A stretch of DNA of 61,969 nucleotides, filler included, from Hausera hauseri (Eukaryota): NCBI GenBank assembly GCA_046269625.1. It is 11 parts of 11 records of this genome, joined end to end, with 100 filler letters (N's around TTAATTAATTAA, not from the genome) between each part and the next. Parts side by side here need not be neighbours in the genome. Positions count along the whole stretch, not along the records: positions 36,388 to 40,510 come from JBJURY010747431.1; positions 40,611 to 44,992 come from JBJURY010608554.1; positions 45,093 to 51,218 come from JBJURY010136983.1; 8 more parts are not named here. One strand, 5' to 3'. The stretch's first letter is position 1. Every line of letters begins with the position of its first letter. The notes under the pieces are model-generated. The model made no database searches. It had not been told where the DNA came from and worked only from the letters and a program-made list of their open reading frames with translations. This document shows positions 39,310-51,318 of the stretch, one piece after another. The position numbers were made by a program, and so were the translations under genes.

Positions 39310-40510
39310 CTGGTCTTCAGAAACAATCAACATACGAAAACAATAAGAGCCCCACTCAACGGCACAGCCCAGTTCTTATACAACTCTATCCTCCTCACTC
39401 AACATTTCTGACTTCTATTTTACACATCGAGGTATCACTGTACATCGTGTCAACTCCCTTTGTCTTTCGCATGCCACGAACGTCCAGTCATCCTTCTCAT
39501 GCTCCATTTTCGCTTTGGGGTGGATCGGACTTAAATCCATCTTTCTCGGATGATAAATCCACAAATACATACAATATCTATCGTGTACCAAACTGTCAAC
39601 AAACATGAGCTTGGTTAAATCTACCTTGCGTGGATTTTTTTCTTAATAAAAACAACTCCAGCAAACTATGGTTCCAATTCCATCAACAGTGGCTAAAATC
39701 CAATAACATCACCGACTCCTTTGTGCGAGCCAATAGTCTTTTGATACTTCTGCCTGCCAACATCAAGCAAAAGATCAGTAACATCTCCGAACTGCCCCAA
39801 TTATCGACACCATACGAAACACTGTGAGGCTGTACTTCATATCACGATCCCTCGATAGATCACATTATACGAAAATACTTTAACGATCATGCTATAGGAA
39901 AGCAAAAGCCATCCAATTTTTTCCAAACGGCCATTCTGCAGCATAGCGCTTTAGGAGTAACACCTACGAACAACGCCGATTTAATTTGCCGTTATTTTTG
40001 TCATCTTTGCCTACCTCAATCAGAGCCTTTCTCACCGTTGTCGACGAGTCCACTGCTATCAAAAAAACTGGCCATAATGGCCGACAAATCCTTTAAGATT
40101 CTCCATACCAATAATTCTCTCCCAATTGCGGCTGCAACCACATGTGTTCCAACTACAGACACAACATTATTCACTCAACAATTGTAAATGATGCAGAAAC
40201 AGTTTGACAAGTTACAGCAGTCAATTTCGGCTATTACTACCCAACTAAACAATCTCAATGGGCTCTGATGAAGTAACACCCAATCTTCAAGGCCCCGAAG
40301 CACTTTAAAATACTCGACTCGATCAATTTCACCTGCCGGACGTATGACTCACTTCTTTCACACATTTTCAAAAGGATTCAAGGAAATGCTTTTTGCGCTA
40401 TCGATTCTATAGCGAGCGATACGCTGTGAACAACCCTATTTGCATATACCACAACAAATATCAGTCACAGGCCAGGTCATGTGTGCCTGGTTGTAAACAC
40501 TAAAAAGATA
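39310..40510 (+). mobile_element. Ty3/Gypsy CsRn1-like copy C: UBL-gag, decayed
   Basis: FLVFRNNQHTKTIRA..TAQFLY; ISDFYFTHRG; VILLMLHFR(fs)GGSDLNP (GGSD 39519-39530); FFLNKNNSSKLWFQFHQQWLKSNNITDS; CIYHNKYQSQARSCVPGC. Confidence 0.85.
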
Positions 40511-40682
40511 NNNNNNNNNNNNNNNNNNNNNNNNNNNNNNNNNNNNNNNNNNNNTTAATTAATTAANNNNNNNNNNNNNNNNNNNNNNNNNNNNNNNNNN
40601 NNNNNNNNNNTACCCCATGCACATCTTTTGTATCCAGACAGTAATATTGCCAACAGAACAACATCCAATAAATTTACAGTAC

Positions 40683-40877
40683 CTGTTTTTCCCCTAACAA
40701 ACATTCTTTGTAGTCAGAATTTTCCTTGAAACAATCATACTCGCGAGCCCTAACATTGCCAACTCTGCTTGCACACCTCATATAATCCATATAAAGTGCT
40801 CCACAAGGTCCATTCTGTGTTCCATCCCATTTAGCTATGACCTTTGTAATTGGGGTGTAAATTACTGGGACAGGCAT
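40683..40877 (-). CDS. NDUFS5: NADH dehydrogenase 15-kDa subunit-like, first coding exon
   Basis: MPVPVIYTP...CGALYMDYMRC...CFKENSDYKEC twin CX9C; acceptor CAG just before ATG (40886-40884) and donor CAG|GTA at 40683/40682. Confidence 0.7.
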
Positions 40878-41056
40878 TTTTCTCTGTTTGATAGAAGAAA
40901 TAATTATTAACATCTTTGGCGCCATGCATTAATTAGTATTTTTCTTTCAAGCAAGAAAACACTGTTAGTTAAGATACCGAGAAGTGATAATGTTAACAAA
41001 CGCAATCAAAACAAAGAGTCAATGCAAAACAAATTCCCGTCTGGAGCAACAATAAC

Positions 41057-41765
41057 ATGAATTGTAATAAAACTTCACACGGAAATGAGTGTACGCTTAC
41101 ATTAAATACTGAAAGACAGTTTACTTTAGAATCATATTTTAAAATAGCCATAATTACAACTATTGGAATGTTTGGCGTGGTCTCCAATCTACTAACTTCT
41201 GTTGTTTTCTTCAGACAAGGAATTAAAGACTGTATGAGCATGTGTCTAATGTGTCTCTCCGTGTCTGATTCCGCGTCTATGCTGTTCGGACTTTTGACCG
41301 TGACCTTCAACGTTATGAGGCGCATATATCTAAACATAGATCTTCGACCGTATTACTATGGCATGTACCGGGCATGTGGTATGTTTTACACGGTGTCAGT
41401 ACTAACTACCACATGTATCTCTGTCGAGAGGTGCCTTTGTGTAGCATTTCCGTTTAAATTCAAGAAATCTATGGGGTTTCGAAGAGCCATTCTTGTCAAT
41501 GTCGCCATATATTTATACTCGGTAGGTTCTTCGTTACCATTGTTTATTTCAAGTGGTATACAAACTAAATATGTTCCTTTGGAGAATTCAACGACCATAA
41601 ATTCGTGGAACACTCCAGAAAGATCAGATATGGGACATTTCATCGTGACTGCCTTTCAGTACACAGTAGAACCAGTATGCCTGATTGTCATTCTCATTAG
41701 CGCACACATCATGGTCCTTTGTCTAAGGCGGTCCACACGATTGAGAAGAGAAACTTCTTGCATGA
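41057..41765 (+). pseudogene. Rhodopsin-like (chemosensory/peptide-type) GPCR, TM1-TM5 only
   Basis: GMFGVVSNLL, LSVSD, ISVERCLCVAFP, TM5 PVCLIVILISAHIMV; single exon; TM6-7 replaced by transposon sequence. Confidence 0.85.
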
Positions 41766-43948
41766 AGTTCGACAAGAATCTGGCAAATATAGTTAATCGT
41801 AAACGAAAACGTCAGGATATGGAAGAAAAGACAGTCAGAAAAGATTAAGAAACGAGCTTTAATTTCTACTAGCAGTATACAATTGAACAAATCAGATGAG
41901 GAAAGGGAAATCGATGCTGACATGGATAGCAATGATGACGAGTGTGATGTGAGGGCAAGTGCTTCTCAGCAAAAGAGAAGTCACCTCGAAAAACGCGTGT
42001 AGGAACGGCAGCATTCATTCCTCCAGATATTTTAAAGCGATCCAGACTTGTTTCATTGGTTACGAGGCTAAAGATATCAGCAGCAGATCAAGCATGTTTT
42101 ACAGCAGTTGTAGTAGAAGAAGCTGGAGGAGACATATCGAAAATTTTTTCTGCTGCTAGATCACGTCTTAAAGTTGTTGAACAAATTGATAGCAAATATA
42201 AAGAGTTGACCCCTCCAAGGCTTGCAACGTTACACTGGGACTCGAAAATAATGAATAGTTTAAGTAACAGAAATGTAACAGAAGAGCGGTTTGTTGTTAT
42301 GGTTGGCGATGTAGACAATTTACAGTTACTGGGAATCCCTTACTGTCCAATTGGTGGTAGTGGCTCTTCTTGAAACATTTTCAAACTTGAGCTGCAACTT
42401 GTTCACTTCTAGGCGTTGCAGTGATTCTATTGTAAACATGACTTTCGATACCACTGCGTCTAACACGGGACACATCAACTTCCTGTGTTTGTATTGAGAT
42501 TGAGTTAAAGAAATCTCTTTGGTCTGCTTTTAGACATCATGTTGGGGAAGTGCAGCTGTCACACGTTTTTGCTGATCGCAATATTGAAGCGTCTAGATTC
42601 CCGGATATTCAAAATTTTAGCAGATTTTGTAAGCACTTTCACAAACTACCACAATTGTACAAACTATCGCAACTGGCAAGATTTGACGTGCAAATGCACA
42701 GCGATGAAGCTCGGCAATTGCTGGAACAATGTCGGCTGAAAGTTTTTGAGACTTTAAGTCAGGTGTTACAGTTCAAAAGAGATAACTGCAAAGAGTTCAT
42801 AGAGCTATGTTATGTGTTCTTGAACGCAGCAAGTGATAAATTTGTCACCTTCAAAAGACCCGGAGCAATCCACAGAGCAAGGCGAATGTCAAAGATGTCA
42901 TATTCAATTAAGATGTGCTTGTTGTAAGAAGAATTATAGAAAGAAGCAAACAGCACCATTGTAACCCAGCAACAAATAAAGAATCTCAAAGAATTTGTTT
43001 TGTTTACAACTGTCATTTACAGCTGGTGGTGGCTGATATGCGGTTCTGCTGCTGATGCTACTTGGAATGATTTACAGCTTCACCACCAAATTTTGAGGTA
43101 TGAAGCGACCAACTCCAAGGTGTCAAAGAGTACATTTCGTGCCCTTAGTCGACATCGATGTTATTTCACTGAGGAAATGATTCCACTTGTAGTATTTAGC
43201 ACTCGTGTATCGGCTATGGATAAACACCAGTTGGCTGATAAACTTCTAGCCTTGAAACCAGAATTTCATGACAAAATGCCGCATAAACGTTTTGGTTCTG
43301 GTTACGGAAAACCGAAGTTTCCTCATGAAGTATCAATATCAACAACACTTGCAGATTTAGCAGGCGACGATTCCCGGTTCACATTTAGTTGCTCGCATCT
43401 AGAGCCTAGATGCTTGACCCAGCTCAGAGGCCTATCAAGAATCGTTTGCAAGTCTGCAAGCTACAAACGTTGTAAATGATGAGGCCGAACAAGACGTGAA
43501 GCTGAGTGATGACTGTGTTCAAGGCCCTAAGGAAGAATATTACCAGAACATTCTGCAAGTTATAGACGCAAGTCGCAAGCAAGATCCTTGTTTTCGAAAG
43601 AGAAAGCAACGCGGCACTCAGTTAAAAATCTGGTACACGTTTGATTTACTACATGAAGCTGGTCTAATAAACATCGCACTTGTGTTTTTTAAATTATTTC
43701 TGCATTTTTAATTAAACGTCTGTAGTACAGTTACAGAAAAAATGTTTCGTGTCATGACTTGTATTATGATAAGCTTATTTTCCATGCTGAATACAGATGC
43801 AAAACTTTGACTTCGAAGTGGACCCATTAAACTGTGAAATAAATTTGAAAAACTTTAGTCAGATGTTTAGTACAATAAAAGTAAGAAATCAAATTTGAGG
43901 ACATGCGGGTTCCAAAAAATATTTTCAGTGGGCGTTTGATGCACCCTA
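41765..43948 (+). mobile_element. hAT-superfamily-like (hATm-type) DNA transposon, 5'-truncated and decayed
   Basis: LHWDSK..ERFVV..LLGIP, TFDTTASNTG, AFRHH, RPGAIHRARRMSK, YFTEEMIPL; right terminus CACCCTA at 43942-43948 (reverse complement of TAGGGTG). Confidence 0.75.
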
Positions 43949-45092
43949 CTATATGCCGAATATCAAAGTTTGCATTACCGATGTTCTCACCCCTCAATAT
44001 TTTGCATACATATGCAAGTGATTAGCGTGCAAAAATATTTAGTGATATCTTCATATTTAGAGGTGGCTCAAGGCGTCTGAAATCTGTGTTTATATGGAAT
44101 AGAATAACATGTGTTTTTTACAGCGTAATTGTTTATTACAAGCGTTACAACATACAGTCAGCTTACTTTCTAGATTGATCTAGGTCATGTTTAGAATAGG
44201 TTAGTCAGCTTCGTCCATTTCATACTGAACTAGTGTCTGTTTTCGAAAATCAGGAAACAATTTTCTACGTTCCTGGACAACCTGAAGGAAGCACTATTTC
44301 TGGCTTTCTTTCTTGGTCATGAGGCTGTTGTATTCATCAATAAGGGCTACAGTTCTCTCTCTATCTCTACGTTATCATTCACTACTTCAAATCCTTTCAC
44401 TAACCTTAGTTTATATTGATAATCACTTCTTTGATGCCACATATCAGGATCAGGCTGAACAAAATCCATTGAAATGTTTGCGTGCTGGAAAAATTTGTGC
44501 AAGGAAAAACTTCCCTAACAATCCTTGCACTTTCATGAACGGTCTGATGGACATTATTATGTTGATACATGATGTTGTGACCATTGTTAATCTGATAAAC
44601 TGATAAAATGGATTCACTTCACTGTGTATAAGGAACAAAATGACCGAGGCGTTAATGCCAATAGTTTACTACTAAGTGTACAACAGACGCATTTCAAAAT
44701 GAACTGCTACTAAGAAGTAAGTATGACTAAGCCAGTTGTTTACATTTAGGTTTTGATGATGACGCCAACCAAGAACATGACAACAGTTCTGTTTTAGTAT
44801 TTTTAAGTGTGTTATAGCATTGCAGTTTATTAACTAACCCTATGCCTGACTAGCTACGGACTACTGTACATTTTTATCTCCAAGTACGTAGTATGACCTT
44901 TTTCCGCGATTCAGCCACCTCTAAATAATGTAATAATGAGCTGATATTTAAAGAAAATATCACATGATAATGTGTGCACACAAGTGGGGGGTNNNNNNNN
45001 NNNNNNNNNNNNNNNNNNNNNNNNNNNNNNNNNNNNTTAATTAATTAANNNNNNNNNNNNNNNNNNNNNNNNNNNNNNNNNNNNNNNNNNNN

Positions 45093-46446
45093 CTACGGAG
45101 CACAAATACTGACACGATAGCTGATACTTTTATTCGTACGTGGATTAGTAGATTCGGATCCCCTCGTTACATCATCTCGGATCAAGGTTCTCAATTCGAA
45201 TCAAATCTGTTTGAATCTCTAGTGAACCGATTAGGTATAAATCATACTCATACTACACCCTATCATCCTCAATCAAATGGCCTACTCGAACGTTTCCACC
45301 GAACCTTGAAAACATCACTTCGGATCCATGCGCAGTCAAACACCAATTGGACAACACTTCTACCGTTTGTCCTGCTCGGTAGGCGAAACACTGCGTCCGC
45401 TTCCACAGGATGCTCGCCTACCGAAACCTTATTTGGAACACCTGTTCGCTCCTTGTTCGAATTAACCACACTAGATAATACACCTACAAACGAAAAGATC
45501 AAAGCAGCACATGACCATTTCATTGAAGTCTGTAAAGACTCATTCTGTAGAATACTACACAACAATGAAACATATTTACATGACGACTTGTATTCTGCAC
45601 AGTTCGTTTACCTACGAAATCAAACACCGTTTGGTTTTCAACCGCAGTATCTAGGGCCATATAAGCTAATTCCTCTGCATTCTCACAACGCGATAATCCT
45701 TAAGGAGGGAAAGGAATTACCAGTTCTTATAAATAATGTAAAACCCGACTTTTTTGTAGATCACACCTCTCCCACCGAAACTTCGACAAATTTTCTGGCT
45801 CCTACATCTCCTTCTGTTCCTGCTGCTGACTCTACACCTACACCGTTACTAGAATTTACTCCTCAAACTTCTTCCACTAATCTCCCAATTTTTCCTCCTC
45901 TTTCTGCTACATTTTCACTTATAGCCCCTTCTTCGTCTCTGAACGATATACCAAATTCAACGACGAAATCTGACAGTTTTGCCTCCACCAACTTGTCAAC
46001 CAGATTTAACAATACAAAAAAATACAAATCGGTCACGTTCAGTACCTATAGTAGAGTTCTCAATACTTATGGAATACAACGACTTGTACATACGAGGACC
46101 ACATAGCTCAAACTATTTCGTTCTACGTTCGCTTACTATTTCTTTTATCCTCAGAGTTCCCAATTCAGCCACGGGGGGTATTGTAGTGCCATCATCTTTT
46201 TCATTTATTATCGTCGTATACTCTGATGTCATAATCTTCACATTCATTACTGCACATTTTCGTTCTTTTGTTCTGATAAACCTGACTATGAAATTGTCGA
46301 AATTTACCACCGGCCTATTTCTACGCCTTCTGTTCCGTTCACTGCCGACATGCAGAAATAATTTGCATATAATCAAGAATATTTATAGTTCGACCATACT
46401 CCAATAACTTAGTAACTGTTTCGGTAAATTACCCTCGGATATTACA
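45093..46446 (+). mobile_element. CsRn1-like integrase (45093-46106), PPT and 3' LTR (46182-46446)
   Basis: WISRFGSP..SDQGSQFES, TTPYHPQSNGLLERFHRTLK, PQYLGPY; PPT GGGGGG at 46173-46178; LTR TGTAGT...ATTACA. Confidence 0.85.
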
Positions 46447-47448
46447 ACCTCGCCTTCTTTTTGCGATCGAAATTTATTGACTCGCAAAATTCCTTTAACA
46501 AAATCACCGAACAATTTTTATAGCTTTCTATACAGTTTTCTGTTGTGAAGCTGAATGTATCTCAATGACGATAGTGAAACAGTAAATCCAACATTTTCAA
46601 TAAAATCCAAAAAACTTCATAAAAATTAACCAAAACGGATGTATCAATGATTAACAAGCCAGATACTTTTCAGGAATTTTTTTAAACCTAAAAAATCACT
46701 GTTACAACCAAATATGCAATATACTTTGCATGGAACATTTTTGACATATCTTGACACATTCTTTAGTTTTCCAACTCCATAATTTATCTGAATATTAATG
46801 ACCTTTGATTCCTCGATTTCTGGTTTGCCTGTCACTTGAAAAAAACGGTTTTATCATACTAAACAGTATTGAATTCGAAAACGATAATTAACATGTATAC
46901 TATTTAAAAAAAAGAAATATTCCAATTTCTGTAGTGTTAGGCATAAACTTTCGGCCTTGGTCAAAATTGCTATAGATTGCAGTTTATATAAATTTTTTTA
47001 ATCCGATTTAAAATATATATATGTGAAATGGCTATGGCAATGCAAAGTATTTCATAAACAGTCATCGGGGGGTTTTGGAATGATTGCCGAATTGTGACAA
47101 ATAAATAGCTGAATGTTGTTTTAATATTCAGCAGATAACAACGTCCACACTTTTAAATTGAACATTTTAAAAACTTAAAAAATATTGATTAGTGATTTGT
47201 TTCCATTCATGATTGCAATTTGAATTGTTTTTTTGAATATAAAATTTTATCATTCTCCGAAATTTATGGACTGCATGTATATGTATCTACTGGAGACGTA
47301 TAAATCCCCTTTTATTGTAGCAATACTGGAGTGCTATATATCGTTCACAGGGGTCGATTGACGCACTCCGAATACCCTGGTATTAATTCAAAATTATATC
47401 TGTTTAATTTCTATCAGATACACCAAAGACTAAATCGTTCGAACAGCA

Positions 47449-47928
47449 GTGACAATTACGTATCCCATATACAAGAATTATATGGTGCTTTGGGATCGAT
47501 TACTATACACAACAATTATGGACTATGATGATTTAGCTGTTGCACTACAAGAAATATCACAAGATTCTTACGCTGACATTTTATTGGGCTATTTAAATCA
47601 TAAAATGCCCGAGGTTAAAATGGAAGCAGTTGTTCTTATCGGAAAATTTTTTGAATATGTAAAATTGGATTCTTCCAACGAAGAAACCTTGAGTCAGTTT
47701 CTTAAAGAACTTGACAAACTTCGCAAAGATGATCCTTTGAATGTTCAAAACGTTATACGTACTGCTATTGAAGCTGCACTGAGATGTTTTCAGAATAGCT
47801 TTACGAATTTTTATCTCGAAAATCTCGATTCACACAGTAAGAGTAAAATCGTTATTAAGAAAACACGAAAAGTAAAATTTCCGCTTCTTCTGAAACACCA
47901 CGTTCAGTGGTTGCAAACTAAAGGTTAA
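47449..47928 (+). CDS. HEAT/TOG-repeat-like fragment
   Basis: LLGYLNHKMPEVKMEAVVLIGKFF...LDKLRKDDPLNVQNVIRTAI resembles TOG-domain HEAT repeats; isolated fragment. Confidence 0.35.
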   Translation: MTITYPIYKNYMVLWDRLLYTTIMDYDDLAVALQEISQDSYADILLGYLNHKMPEVKMEAVVLIGKFFEYVKLDSSNEETLSQFLKELDKLRKDDPLNVQNVIRTAIEAALRCFQNSFTNFYLENLDSHSKSKIVIKKTRKVKFPLLLKHHVQWLQTKG

Positions 47929-48026
47929 AAGGAAGAGATATCCACAGAGCCATACAAAAAAAAGTTCAATCGAATGATATTAATTATAGTACGGAGTATT
48001 GTGATTTTATTCGAACAGGAAACGAA

Positions 48027-51000
48027 ATGAATACGGAAAATGTAGGATCCATAATGGCTATGGAATTAGAACATGCCGAAATATCGACTGCAAGGTTGAA
48101 TAAGACGAAAAATCAACCTTATCTTCGAACGTTGGAAAATATTCCAACTGCCATGATCAAAAATATAACGAACAGTAAAAAAATTGATAAATCTCCATTC
48201 AAGGAATTTGATACGTATATAACAAACGATGGTCACTCAGTTGCTAATCCTTTCGGTCCAGGAACAATAATGGGAGCCAGGGTTACTTCGGATAGTTCGG
48301 GAATGTTTCGTGTGCATTATCTAAATTTGAACTGTGTGATACAGTCGAGTTATTCTTTGAGTAACAATGTGTATTACAAATTTTTATTTTTCAACGTCAA
48401 AACAACGTTTTATAATCTGGAACCAGTGTCGTTTGGTTTGTCCAGAAAAATATATTCATCGGAACGTTTCCTTCCAAACAATTTTGTTAATATATCAAGT
48501 CCTAGAATAGTCATTAGCAAGGGTAAGATAGCATGCAATAATCGATTCAGTTATCAATTAGCACTATCTTTTAAGAAGTTGAAGACAGAAATTTCTGTTG
48601 GATTGTATCTTTATGATACTAGTTTCATGGAGATTTTTGTGGATAAAATTAGTGTTGGACGAGTCGTATTAGAATTTAACCAAAATAGTTATCTGTTGGT
48701 AAATCTCAGAAGTTGGTACAATACGATTTTGGTTGAAGAAATGTCACCGAGACCCCCCATTTGTTGTAGCCTGGCTCTGTTAAGATGTACATTACCTAAA
48801 CGGCACAGTGATATGGTACCCTTTGACGATGACAATTCAACTCACATTTTGAGGTTACATAGTAATTCTGATAATTTACAACGACCTGATAACGCACATT
48901 ACCTGTCATTAGAATCAACCACATTACGTCCATCCGTCAACATAAATTCTAATCGCACATGTTACCAATGTAACAAACCCGGCCATGGTGTGCGGAACTG
49001 TATAGGAAAACGCACAGCGATGAACGCCAGACAACGGTCACAGCGTTTCTCATCGTTATCTTGGCCATTGCATTACAAACCATCCGTCATACTGAACACT
49101 GCCTATCTTCATCCTGAACCAAATATCGACCCGTCATCGAAAGTCAATGATGGATATCTTAACATGAAGTCGTTCAATGCCTACGTCGATGACTTGTCCA
49201 TCAAGCCCATTTATATAGTATCCGGTGACCAGACAGTCATTATTTCCATGTGCGTTATGAAGGGCGACAAAATTGTCGTGAAACTTGATCATTTGTTCAA
49301 GAACGGTCCGAGGGATGACCTTTACGGATTTCTCACGGACCAAATGGCCGCGAACTTCATTCATGCGTACGAGTCGTCAGTGGTGACATCGCATAATAAT
49401 CGACGGTGGAAACAGAATTCGACACCAGTCACCAATATCTACGCCGGAGTAATGGGAATAGAGCCTAACCAAAGTCCGGTTATCGTAGTTTCTATTTGCT
49501 ATTACAATTTGGTTGCATTTGTTACTCGTCCCTCTTGGCAGTATAACTTTCGCCATTTGCCTTTTATGATTCCATACACTTTCTGTTGCCTAAGACTTTT
49601 AATATACAATCAATATCCAACGAAGGCGTTCGTTGCTGATACATTTTGCACTTATTTCGACACGACTTTCACCTCCGTTGCGATTCTAGATCATTTGAGC
49701 AAAACACTTCTTTTCTTTAATCCTCAGATGACAAATTTCGTCTATTCCATTCAAACGTTCTTTCTCTTTATTCCTTGTCCACGACATAGTTTCTCGAGAT
49801 ATCTCGCACTCGCAATATTTTTTGAACTTCATAGTGATCACATAGATATTAAGGAAGTGGTCCAGGCATCTCATTTTCTTGAGTTGCAAACAATCCATGG
49901 CATAATAAACCAATCAACCTTCTGTACTACATCAATGAGTCCCACGCCATGGTGTGTTTCTTCACCACACCAACCACTTGAGTTTACACCGACTATATCT
50001 TTTTCATTCTTTCTAAACAATCACCATTTACTGACGCATAGAATGACAAATTCGATAGATGCATCCTACCTACATAACTACGTACTACACGTCGCCAACC
50101 TCTCCGATTTTTATCTTACGTACAATAATCTACCAATAACTAACACCAATCTCAATAGCTTTTCTGTACCTTCAACCCATTGCATCGTCATTCACATACA
50201 CATTCGCTTACGTGGTGGAATGGAATCATCACCTACCATTAACACTACTGACCGAAATACCTCCAAAACATCACATTTGGCGTTCAACCAAAAATCGTCG
50301 ATCGTTACCACGCCATCTTCTTTCAGTAGTTATGCTTCTACAACCTCGCCAGTCAAACACACTTCTCAATGCACAGAGTACTTTATTGACCACGAACAGT
50401 CTAACAAAACGTGGCTTAGCTTCCACAAACTCTGGCTGCAATCAAACAATATTACTGATCCGGTAACCAAGGCCCATAACTTGCTTTGTCTTCTTCCAAC
50501 AACGGTAAAATCGGCAATTCACGATTTTCTCGATATCTTCCAGAAACCTGATCCATACACGCATCTTTAAAACGCAGTTTTGAAATTTACGGAACCATCT
50601 ATGGAATCAATAATTCACCGTTTCTTCAACGACAATGCAATGGGGGAGCAGAAACCATCTGATTTTATAAGAACGTCACTCGTGCAACTCCAAACATTTG
50701 GCGTGACGAAACAACATAACGCCGACCTTTTGCGACGTTACTTCCTGAATGCATTGCACATACAAATTAGGGCCTTACTTACTGTCGTTGAAGAGTCGAC
50801 AATATTAGATAAATTAGCCGAACTGGCGTATAAAACATATGACGTTTTGAACGTACACACTCAACCAGTTATTTCTGCAGCAGTTACTACCAAAAATGTT
50901 TCACTCGAACAACAGTTAAACGAATTACGCGCCGCAAATGCTGCACTCCATAACACTATCAACTCTATCAATGATAAATCGAATAATCTTTCTTTACAGC

Positions 51001-51218
51001 GTAGTAATGTACTTTCGTCTAATCGAACACGTTCTTATTCCAGAAATCAAACACCTTCACCTACGAGGTCACTCGTATGCTATTACCACACCAAATTTAG
51101 TAGCAACGCAAATAAGTGTTGCTTAGGGTGTAAATATTATCCGCCAAATCTAGATTCAAGTAATATAATTTGCGTCTATCATTCAAAATTCGGTCCTAAT
51201 GCTAGGAGTTGTATTACT
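48027..51218 (+). mobile_element. Ty3/Gypsy CsRn1-like copy D: long polyprotein [unknown-CCHC-BTB-like?-UBL-GG|Gag], one in-frame stop at 50568
   Basis: 847-aa ORF and ORF 50580 share a frame; CYQCNKPGHGVRNC 48960-49001; RLRGG|ME 50205-50225; gag with CYYHTKFSSNANKCCLGC and CVYHSKFGPNARSC. Confidence 0.85.
49992..50219 (+). other. Ubiquitin-like domain with RLRGG terminus (copy D, uninterrupted)
   Basis: 76 aa TISFSFFL-NNHHLLTHRM-TNSIDASYLHNYVLHV-ANLSDFYLTYNNLPI-...-VIHIHIRLRGG; beta-beta-alpha-beta-beta-beta pattern and exact ubiquitin C-terminal RLRGG. Confidence 0.75.
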
Positions 51219-51318
51219 NNNNNNNNNNNNNNNNNNNNNNNNNNNNNNNNNNNNNNNNNNNNTTAATTAATTAANNNNNNNNNNNNNNNNNNNNNNNNNN
51301 NNNNNNNNNNNNNNNNNN

